From Candidatus Methanomethylophilaceae archaeon (GTDB lineage: Archaea; Thermoplasmatota; Thermoplasmata; Methanomassiliicoccales; Methanomethylophilaceae), in contig JAFUHJ010000120.1 of assembly GCA_017468935.1 (NCBI GenBank), positions 4,567 to 68,566 of the forward strand: 64,000 nucleotides of DNA. Direction: 5' to 3'. The notes beneath the pieces were generated by a model. That model worked only from the letters and a program-made list of their open reading frames with translations, did no database searches and was not told where the DNA came from. A program made the translations under genes and the position numbers. Below, piece by piece: positions 55,405 to 62,118 of this stretch. The stretch's first letter is position 1. The number at the start of each line of letters is the position of its first letter.

Positions 55405-55426
55405 CCGGGGGTCGGGGGGCCTCCGG
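55405..55426. repeat. 22-nt G-rich repeat copy B (CCGGGGGTCGGGGGGCCTCCGG)
   Basis: Direct repeat of copy A, 133 nt downstream. Confidence 0.8.
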
Positions 55427-55497
55427 CAATATTCTTTCTCCAATCGATTGTACCAGTACAGCAGGGGTCATCGGAAATTTAACACATGGAAAATTTT

Positions 55498-55541
55498 TTA
55501 GTTTCTCCTAAACTATATATATCGTTTTTAGGTATTCCTAA
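55498..55541 (+). promoter_or_regulatory. operator-TATA-operator module 2 (feoA promoter): TTAGTTTCTCCTAA - ACTATATATATCGTTT - TTAGGTATTCCTAA
   Basis: Same 14-nt box twice (55498-55511, 55528-55541) around a TATA. Box 4 ends 2 nt before the feoA ATG, which implies a leaderless feoA mRNA and promoter occlusion by a repressor. Confidence 0.65.
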
Positions 55542-55543
55542 TC

Positions 55544-55831
55544 ATGAGTCAAATAGATCCTGTGCCCGTTTCAATGCAAGCGGACAATGGGGCAAGCAAG
55601 ATGCCGACCATTCCAAGTTCGTTCCTCAGAGTGGGTCAGATAGCAACAATCGACAAAATCTCTGGATCGGAAGAGGTCAGGAAATTCCTTGCAGGACTCG
55701 GATTTGTGCGTGGCACGCCGATCAAAGCAGTCAGCAACAACAACACTGGACTAATTTTTGAAGTCAAAGGTTCCAGGGTTGCGGTTGACTTGAAAATGGC
55801 TACCAAGATCCACGTTGCCAGCGAGAGCTGA
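55544..55831 (+). CDS. feoA: FeoA-domain protein
   Basis: LRVGQIATIDKISGSEEVRKFLAGLGFVRGTPIKAV...GSRVAVDLKMATKIHV is the FeoA SH3-like pattern. Confidence 0.8.
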   Translation: MSQIDPVPVSMQADNGASKMPTIPSSFLRVGQIATIDKISGSEEVRKFLAGLGFVRGTPIKAVSNNNTGLIFEVKGSRVAVDLKMATKIHVASES

Positions 55832-55835
55832 TAGT

Positions 55836-56057
55836 ATGACTACTTTGAAGGAAACTTCCATTGGCTCGACCGTCAAGGTCAAGAAGGTCAACGGAGAAGG
55901 AAACCTGAAGAGACACATCATGGACATGGGCATCACCAAAGGTGTCGAAATCTATGTCCGTAAGGTCGCCCCTCTCGGAGATCCCGTGGAGATCACCGTG
56001 CGCGGCTATGAGCTGAGTCTCAGAAAGGAATATGCGGAGATGATCGAGGTCGAATGA
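55836..56057 (+). CDS. feoA: FeoA-domain protein
   Basis: GSTVKVKKVNGEGNLKRHIMDMGITKGVEIYVRKVAPLGDPVEITVRGYELSLRKEYAEMIEV. ATG at 55836 chosen. Confidence 0.85.
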   Translation: MTTLKETSIGSTVKVKKVNGEGNLKRHIMDMGITKGVEIYVRKVAPLGDPVEITVRGYELSLRKEYAEMIEVE

Positions 56058-56107
56058 CCCAGTGATCCCCGGGCCGCCGTTTATGGCACGGCGGCTTGAA
56101 GGAGTGT

Positions 56108-58276
56108 ATGAACATGAGTTTCACAATAGCATTGGCCGGAAACCCGAACTGCGGTAAGACCACCTTGTTCAACGCATTGACAGGTGCTTCCCAGCGTGTC
56201 GGAAACTGGCCCGGAGTTACTATTGATAAGAAGGTCGGAAAGATCAAAGGAACTGACTCCGAACTCGTCGACCTTCCCGGTATCTACTCCCTGTCACCCT
56301 ACTCCCCTGAGGAGATCGTGTCAAGGAACTACATAGTGAATGATAACCCTGACGGTATCATTAACATTGTTGACGCTACGAACCTCGAGAGGAACCTCTT
56401 CCTCACGCTTCAGATCATCGATATGGGTAAACCCGTTGTCATCGCCCTCAACATGATGGATGAGGTCGAGAAACAGGGCGACAAGATCGATGCAGAGAAA
56501 CTGTCGGCAAGACTCGGTGTCCCGGTCATCCCCATCTCCGCAAAGGAGAAGAGGAACATCGACAAACTGGTCAGTGCCATTACAGACGCAGCCGAGAAGA
56601 AGACCGAGCCCAAGTACGTCAGGTACAACGATTCCATCGAGGCAGCCGTCGACGCCGCGGAGAAGGCGCTCGAGGGCAAGATTCCCGGAAGCCCCAGATT
56701 CTATGCATTCAAGCTCGTCGAGGGCGATGATGCGGTCATGCAGGCCGTTCCCGGTGCCAGGGAATCCATCTCGGAAGCAATCAACAATCTGGAGAAGGAG
56801 TTCGACGACACCGCCGACTCCGTCATCACAGACAGCAGGTACGAGACCATCACTGACATCGTCTCTTCAGCCTACGAGAGGGCACCCAGGGACGAGAGGG
56901 GAACACTCTCCGACCGTGTCGACAGGATCGTCACCAACAGGATCCTCGGACTGCCTATCTTCATCCTGATCATCGGATTCGTCTATTTCGTCGCCATGTA
57001 CGACGGAGACCTCGGTACATCCCCTGGAGCATGGGCCACCGGATGGCTTAACGACTTCATCAGCGAAACTGTCATCCCTGCAGCACAGGAATGGTGCGAG
57101 AGTGCCGGTGTCAGCGAAGCCCTAACAGGATTGCTATGTGACGGAATTCTTTCAGGAGTCGGTGCAGTCATCGGATTCCTGCCTCAGATGATCGTTCTGT
57201 TCATCTGTCTGGTCATCCTCGAAGAAGTAGGATACATGGCCCGTGTCGCATTCGTCATGGACCGTATCTTCAGATACTTCAACCTCTCGGGAAAATCATT
57301 CATTCCCCTTATCGTCAGTACCGGATGCGGTGTGCCCGGAGTCATGGCCACCAGGACCATCGAAAGCGAATCGGACCGCCGTATCACTGCCATGACATGC
57401 ACATTCATGCCCTGCGGTGCGAAGCTGCCTGTCATCTCAGCCATCGCCGGAGCCCTAGCAGGAAGCGTCTGGGTCGCCGTCTTCGCATATGTGATGGGTA
57501 TCGTCCTGGTCATCATCTCCGGTATCATCATCAAGAAATTCCACGCGGTATCCGGAGCTCCCGCACCTTTCATCATGGAGCTTCCGCCCTACCACATGCC
57601 CGGATTCGTGACCTGTGCCAAGACCGTCTTCGACAGATCATGGGCGTTCGTGAAGAAAGCAGGTACCATCATCCTGCTCGCTATGATCCTCGTATGGTTC
57701 CTCAAGTCATTCAGCTGGTCCTTCACACTCCTCTCAGAGGAAGAGATGGGCGATTCTATCCTTGCCAGCATCGGAGGCGTACTGAGCTATCTGTTCATGC
57801 CTCTCGGATGGGGCGACAGTTGGGAGCTCCCCGCAGCATCCATTACCGGTCTCATCGCCAAAGAAGACCTCATCGGAACCCTTGAGCTCCTGATCGCAGC
57901 ACCCTTCGACATGGATGTATCCGAAGCACTCGATCTGCTCGGAACCAAGATGGCCGGAGCCGCTGGTCATGCAATGATCCTCTCGTTCTTCACCTTCAAC
58001 ATGTTCTGCGCACCCTGTTTCGCGGCTGTAGGAGCGATTCACAGGGAACTTGGAACCTGGAAGGCGACCGGATTCGCATTCCTGTACCAGTGTCTGCTCG
58101 CATACTTCGTTGCGGTCATCGTATTCGTGGTCTCGGCAGCCGTTATGGGCGCAATGTCGGATGTCCCGTGGTATTCGATAATGTTCGCAATCATCGACGC
58201 CGTCATCCTGGTCTACTTCCTGGTAGTCAAGGATCCGTTCAAGCCCTTCCGCAAGAACACCGAGGTGGCCGAATGA
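56108..58276 (+). CDS. feoB: ferrous iron transporter FeoB
   Basis: G domain (IALAGNPNCGKTTLFNALTG, DLPGIYSL, ALNMMD) followed by a polytopic membrane domain with gate motifs. Candidate ATG at 56108 or 56114 after the SD-like AAGGAG. Confidence 0.93.
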   Translation: MNMSFTIALAGNPNCGKTTLFNALTGASQRVGNWPGVTIDKKVGKIKGTDSELVDLPGIYSLSPYSPEEIVSRNYIVNDNPDGIINIVDATNLERNLFLTLQIIDMGKPVVIALNMMDEVEKQGDKIDAEKLSARLGVPVIPISAKEKRNIDKLVSAITDAAEKKTEPKYVRYNDSIEAAVDAAEKALEGKIPGSPRFYAFKLVEGDDAVMQAVPGARESISEAINNLEKEFDDTADSVITDSRYETITDIVSSAYERAPRDERGTLSDRVDRIVTNRILGLPIFILIIGFVYFVAMYDGDLGTSPGAWATGWLNDFISETVIPAAQEWCESAGVSEALTGLLCDGILSGVGAVIGFLPQMIVLFICLVILEEVGYMARVAFVMDRIFRYFNLSGKSFIPLIVSTGCGVPGVMATRTIESESDRRITAMTCTFMPCGAKLPVISAIAGALAGSVWVAVFAYVMGIVLVIISGIIIKKFHAVSGAPAPFIMELPPYHMPGFVTCAKTVFDRSWAFVKKAGTIILLAMILVWFLKSFSWSFTLLSEEEMGDSILASIGGVLSYLFMPLGWGDSWELPAASITGLIAKEDLIGTLELLIAAPFDMDVSEALDLLGTKMAGAAGHAMILSFFTFNMFCAPCFAAVGAIHRELGTWKATGFAFLYQCLLAYFVAVIVFVVSAAVMGAMSDVPWYSIMFAIIDAVILVYFLVVKDPFKPFRKNTEVAE

Positions 58277-58473
58277 GTACCGGCGACCTCGTTGTTGGAG
58301 CGATCATCGCGTTGCTTGCGATCGGAGCGATCTATGTCCTTTGGAACAACCACCGCAAGGGCAAGAGCAGCTGCGGATGCAACTGTTCCGGATGCTCTAA
58401 GACGGGGTCGTGCAGCTCATGCAACGTCACGATCGATGAGAACGAGACTTGCGATTGCTGCAAGAAGGACTGA
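58273..58473 (+). CDS. FeoB-associated Cys-rich small membrane protein
   Basis: One TM helix (LVVGAIIALLAIGAIYVLW) followed by SSCGCNCSGCSKTGSCSSCN..CDCC. ATGA overlap with the feoB stop. Confidence 0.75.
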   Translation: MSTGDLVVGAIIALLAIGAIYVLWNNHRKGKSSCGCNCSGCSKTGSCSSCNVTIDENETCDCCKKD

Positions 58474-58482
58474 AACTCTAAA

Positions 58483-58527
58483 GGGGGTTACACCCCCTGT
58501 TAAAACCTTCAGGCGGTCATCCGCCTG
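58483..58527 (+). terminator. two hairpins (GGGGGT-TAC-ACCCCC and CAGGCGG-TCAT-CCGCCTG) after the feo operon
   Basis: Consecutive GC stems, 10 and 37 nt after the stop of the Cys-rich gene. Confidence 0.55.
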
Positions 58528-58587
58528 CCTTTATCCGACTATTATTAACATATCTGGATTTTATATGGGCAACTCTTTCTTCATTCC

Positions 58588-58725
58588 ATGAAATACAGAT
58601 GCCCTATGTGCGGATACATCTACGACGAAGAGAAGACTGGCGTTAAATTCGCGGACCTTCCAGATGACTGGGAGTGCCCTGTCTGCGGAGAGCCCAAGTC
58701 CGAATTCGTCCCCATGGACGACTGA
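58588..58725 (+). CDS. rubredoxin (45 aa; below the ORF-track length cut-off)
   Basis: Hand translation gives [45 protein letters not shown], with CPxCG twice and the DDW.CP.CG signature. Its stop abuts the convergent SLR gene's stop. Confidence 0.88.
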   Translation: MKYRCPMCGYIYDEEKTGVKFADLPDDWECPVCGEPKSEFVPMDD

Positions 58726-59655
58726 TCACAGACCGTCTATCTTTATGAATTGGGTGTTCTGTTTCCTGCGGAGATCGTCAAGGAACTGCTTGGCTAGCTG
58801 ATTCCCTGCGTTGGCGGAACGCCCGAACCTTCTCATAGCCTCCTCAACATTCTGCGCAGCCCCAAGGCCCTCGAACAGCATCCTTGCGGTCATGAACAAG
58901 GCATCGCCATCCTCGGTGCTGGATACCCTATCGTATAACTCGAATGCCTTGTTGAAATCCCTATTCACACCCCTTCCCTCGTAATACATGGTGCCGAGGT
59001 TGAACATCGCGGGTGCAAAGCCTTGCTCCACCGCTTTCTCATACCATTGCAGTGCGACCTTGTCCCCGCCGGGGATCGCCCCTGACTCGGCCATCCTGGC
59101 CATCCTGAACTGTGCCTCCGGGATCCCGGCCTCTGCGGACTTCCTGAACCATTCCGCTGCCTTCTTCTCATCCTTGGTCATCCCGACACCTTCAGATGCC
59201 AGATAGCCCATCATGAACATGGACTGTGCGTTACCTGAATCGGCTGATAGCTTGTAGTAATGGAGCGCCTTGTCGGCATCTGCTGCTACGCCGTACCCGT
59301 ACAGGTATATCGCTGCGATCTCGGGATATGCCAATTCCACCCCGTTCTCTGCCGCCTTCTCGAACCAGTATCTGCATTGTTCCTGATCCTCCGGATACCC
59401 GTAGGAACCTGTGAAGATGCTTCCGAGCCTGAACATGGCCGGAGAGTTACCGGCCTCTGCGGACCTCTTGTAGAGCTCCACGGCACCCTCGACATCCTTC
59501 GGTGTCCCCATGCCGTTTATCTTCATCTCCGCAAGGCCGAACCAGCCTTCCGGCGATCCCAATTCACCGGCGCGGGTGAAGAGAGCGACTGCCCTCTCGG
59601 GATTCCTCTCGTAGCAATTGACGGCCTGCATGCAGTACTCCGACGGGTCTTCCAT
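58726..59655 (-). CDS. Sel1-like repeat (SLR) protein, no signal peptide
   Basis: About seven SLR units (AVELYKRSAEAGNSPAMFRLGSIF..., AAEWFRKSAEAGIPEAQFRMARM...). ATG at 59655 chosen; a TTG lies at 59688. Confidence 0.82.
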   Translation of the reverse strand: MEDPSEYCMQAVNCYERNPERAVALFTRAGELGSPEGWFGLAEMKINGMGTPKDVEGAVELYKRSAEAGNSPAMFRLGSIFTGSYGYPEDQEQCRYWFEKAAENGVELAYPEIAAIYLYGYGVAADADKALHYYKLSADSGNAQSMFMMGYLASEGVGMTKDEKKAAEWFRKSAEAGIPEAQFRMARMAESGAIPGGDKVALQWYEKAVEQGFAPAMFNLGTMYYEGRGVNRDFNKAFELYDRVSSTEDGDALFMTARMLFEGLGAAQNVEEAMRRFGRSANAGNQLAKQFLDDLRRKQNTQFIKIDGL

Positions 59656-59722
59656 GACCCCTGGATAGACGTGGTCAGATAAATGCAATCGGTATATCTA
59701 CGATGAATGCCATCCATCGGTC

Positions 59723-59920
59723 ATGATAAAAGGGCCTTTGGTCTATGCCGCGATGATCCTCGCCGCACTTCTGATGATCATCTCGGCGGTCGTGATCCTG
59801 AACAGGGACCTGTTCGTAGAGAACTCGGACCTGATCATGATCGTTTCGGGAGTCATCGCTCTCGGAGTCATAATCGTCCTCGTGATGATGCTGATTCGCA
59901 CGTGGAATCGCAACCCTTGA
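59723..59920 (+). CDS. small two-TM membrane protein
   Basis: 65 aa. LVYAAMILAALLMIISAVVIL and IMIVSGVIALGVIIVLVMMLI. No family recognised. Confidence 0.5.
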   Translation: MIKGPLVYAAMILAALLMIISAVVILNRDLFVENSDLIMIVSGVIALGVIIVLVMMLIRTWNRNP

Positions 59921-60033
59921 AACCCTTTATTTCCGCCTTTTCCAGAGTTTACGAAAATCGTTAAACGATAGTACACGTTTACAAAGTAAAGCCGTCACCT
60001 TTTATACTCTACGAATTTCGCAGAACCGAATCC

Positions 60034-60066
60034 TTTATATTTTATAGGGAAAAAACGATAGCGTTT
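60034..60066 (+). promoter_or_regulatory. Hsp70-vWA promoter: TATA-like TTTATATTTTATAGG followed by palindrome AAACG-ATAG-CGTTT
   Basis: The TATA element lies ~30-40 nt upstream of ATG 60078, and a 14-nt palindrome (60053-60066) sits between the TATA and the ATG. Confidence 0.45.
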
Positions 60067-60077
60067 CCGATGGGATT

Positions 60078-62108
60078 ATGAAGGTAGGTATAGACCTCGG
60101 AACAACATACTCTGCAGTAGCAAGATATGATAAGGCGTCGAACAAACCGGTCATGCTGAACAACTCGTTCGGTAAGGAGATCACCCCCTCGGTCATCTGT
60201 TTCCTTGATGACGGGGACATCCTGGTCGGAGAGGACGCCAAGGATATGCAGTCGAACGGAACTGGTGTCAACGCTGCGGCTTTCAAGCGCAACATGGGTG
60301 ACGGATCCATCGTTGTCAGCTTCAACGGCAAGGACTATACGGCGGAAGACCTCTCAGCCATGCTCCTCAAGCACCTGATCGAGGATGCTGAGAAAGCAGC
60401 GGGCGAGAAGATCGATGAAGCGGTCATCACGGTCCCCGCATACTTCGAGGACGCTCAGAGAACCGCTACGAAGCGCGCGGGAGAGGCTTGCGGGATCAAG
60501 GTCCCCAAGATCATCAACGAGCCCACGGCGGCCGCCATCTCATACGGATACAAGCACTCGGCCGACAAGACCCTCCTGGTCTATGACCTGGGAGGAGGAA
60601 CGTTCGATGTCACGATTGTTAGGGTCACAAAAGGAAGCATAGAGGTCATCGGTACGAACGGAAACCACATCCTCGGAGGAAAGGACTGGGACGCGGCCAT
60701 CGTCAAGTTCGTATGCGACAGGTTCGTCAACGAGTTCGATGTGGACCCCAGGGATGACCTTCCCACCAAGAACGAGCTCATCGTGGCGGCAGAGGGATAC
60801 AAGAAGACACTGTCCATCGCCGAGAGCGTTACGATCCCGATAAACTACGAGGGATGCAGCGAGAAGTACACCCTCACCAGGGATGAATTCGAATCAATGA
60901 CCGAGCACCTGATGAATGCGACCAAAGAGGTCTGCGAGGATCTGATGGATTCGCTCGGAATGCAGTGGACAGACATCGACGAGATCCTCCTGTGCGGTGG
61001 ATCCACAAGGATGCCGGGCGTCGCGAAGTTCCTGAAGAGCTTCACCGGACGCGAGGTCGTCACACACAGCGATACCGACCTGGCCGTCGCGAAGGGAGCA
61101 GCCATCACAGCCGAGCTCTACAGCAGCAACGCCACCGGAATGAGGGCCGCCATGCAGGTGTCCGATGTCACTGCGCACAGTCTCGGAGCACTCTCAGTCA
61201 GTCAGGACGGGAAGAAGTACGTCAACGAGATCATGATCAAGAGGAACTCCAAGGTCCCCAGCACATGCAAGAAGCAGTTCTCCATCAAACCGGGCAACAT
61301 GACCGACAAGATCGAGGTCTACACCCTGCAGGGAGAATCGAGGATCCCGCTGGACTGTAACGTCCTTGCAAAAGTGGTCATCACAGGCTTCTACAACGAC
61401 GGAAAAGGAGTCATCATCGATATAGAATACAATTACGACGAGAACGGAATCGTCAACATCAGGGCATCGCAGGGCGAGGAGCCCCTCGACGTCAAGTCCG
61501 AGCCCGTTCCCGACGACATAAGGTGGATGGGCGGAGACCCGCACGACAAGCCTTCAGACGTGAAGATCGCCAAGAACATAGCGATCTGCGTCGACCTCTC
61601 CAGGAGTATGGAGGGAGAACCCATCGAGGCCGCAAAGGATTCGATCCGCAGCTTCGTACGCACCCTGTCCGACGAACAGACCAAGTTCTCGCTCATCGGA
61701 TTCGGGGACAAGGTCAAGGTCGTCCAGGAACTCACCAATGACACCGACGTCATCATCAACTCCATCGAGGAGCTCAAAGTCAAGATGCTCGGAAGGGGAA
61801 CCGACGCCAGCCCGCTGGACACAGCGAGGATGGTCATCGGAGGCCAGCCCGGAGTGGGCATCATCGTCGTACTCACGGACGGAATCTGGGGTAAGAGGGA
61901 CAATGCAGTGGACCAGGCTCTCGGCTGCAGGACCGATGGAATAACCATAATCGCCATCGGACTCGGAGAGGCGGACACATCGTTCCTCAGGCAGATCGCC
62001 ACCGTCGATGACGGTGCCCTGTTCACGACCATCGACAAGCTCGGTGACACCTTCGGAACCATCGCAACCGCGATCTCTGCAGGAAACATGGGTCTCGCTG
62101 TCCGCTGA
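60078..62108 (+). CDS. non-canonical Hsp70 (actin-fold ATPase + SBD-beta) fused to a C-terminal von Willebrand factor A domain
   Basis: Hsp70 motifs: VGIDLGTTYSAVA, INEPTAAAISYG, VYDLGGGTFDVTIV, LLCGGSTRMPGV. An SBD-beta-like region follows (AHSLGALSV...), with no helical lid or EEVD. The last ~165 aa form a vWA domain with an intact MIDAS (DLSRS, GTD, LTDG). Confidence 0.88.
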   Translation: MKVGIDLGTTYSAVARYDKASNKPVMLNNSFGKEITPSVICFLDDGDILVGEDAKDMQSNGTGVNAAAFKRNMGDGSIVVSFNGKDYTAEDLSAMLLKHLIEDAEKAAGEKIDEAVITVPAYFEDAQRTATKRAGEACGIKVPKIINEPTAAAISYGYKHSADKTLLVYDLGGGTFDVTIVRVTKGSIEVIGTNGNHILGGKDWDAAIVKFVCDRFVNEFDVDPRDDLPTKNELIVAAEGYKKTLSIAESVTIPINYEGCSEKYTLTRDEFESMTEHLMNATKEVCEDLMDSLGMQWTDIDEILLCGGSTRMPGVAKFLKSFTGREVVTHSDTDLAVAKGAAITAELYSSNATGMRAAMQVSDVTAHSLGALSVSQDGKKYVNEIMIKRNSKVPSTCKKQFSIKPGNMTDKIEVYTLQGESRIPLDCNVLAKVVITGFYNDGKGVIIDIEYNYDENGIVNIRASQGEEPLDVKSEPVPDDIRWMGGDPHDKPSDVKIAKNIAICVDLSRSMEGEPIEAAKDSIRSFVRTLSDEQTKFSLIGFGDKVKVVQELTNDTDVIINSIEELKVKMLGRGTDASPLDTARMVIGGQPGVGIIVVLTDGIWGKRDNAVDQALGCRTDGITIIAIGLGEADTSFLRQIATVDDGALFTTIDKLGDTFGTIATAISAGNMGLAVR

Positions 62109-62118
62109 AGGAGTTAAC

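Larger units (their letters stand above)
55238..55440 (+). ncRNA. candidate non-coding RNA / structured element between module 1 and the feoA promoter
   Basis: ~200-nt GC-rich stretch with hairpins (CCGAC-CCAAAA-GTCGG; GAGACC-N11-GGTCTC) and two 22-nt G-rich repeats. It has no plausible ORF and lies ~25 nt downstream of the module 1 TATA. Strand and ends are inferred. Confidence 0.3.

Noticed and set aside
55237-55443. 68-aa minus-strand ORF in the fhs-feoA spacer.
   Set aside because: The two 22-nt repeats fall in different reading frames of this ORF, so conservation is at the nucleotide level. The peptide is Pro/Arg-rich with no start context. The region is better treated as non-coding.
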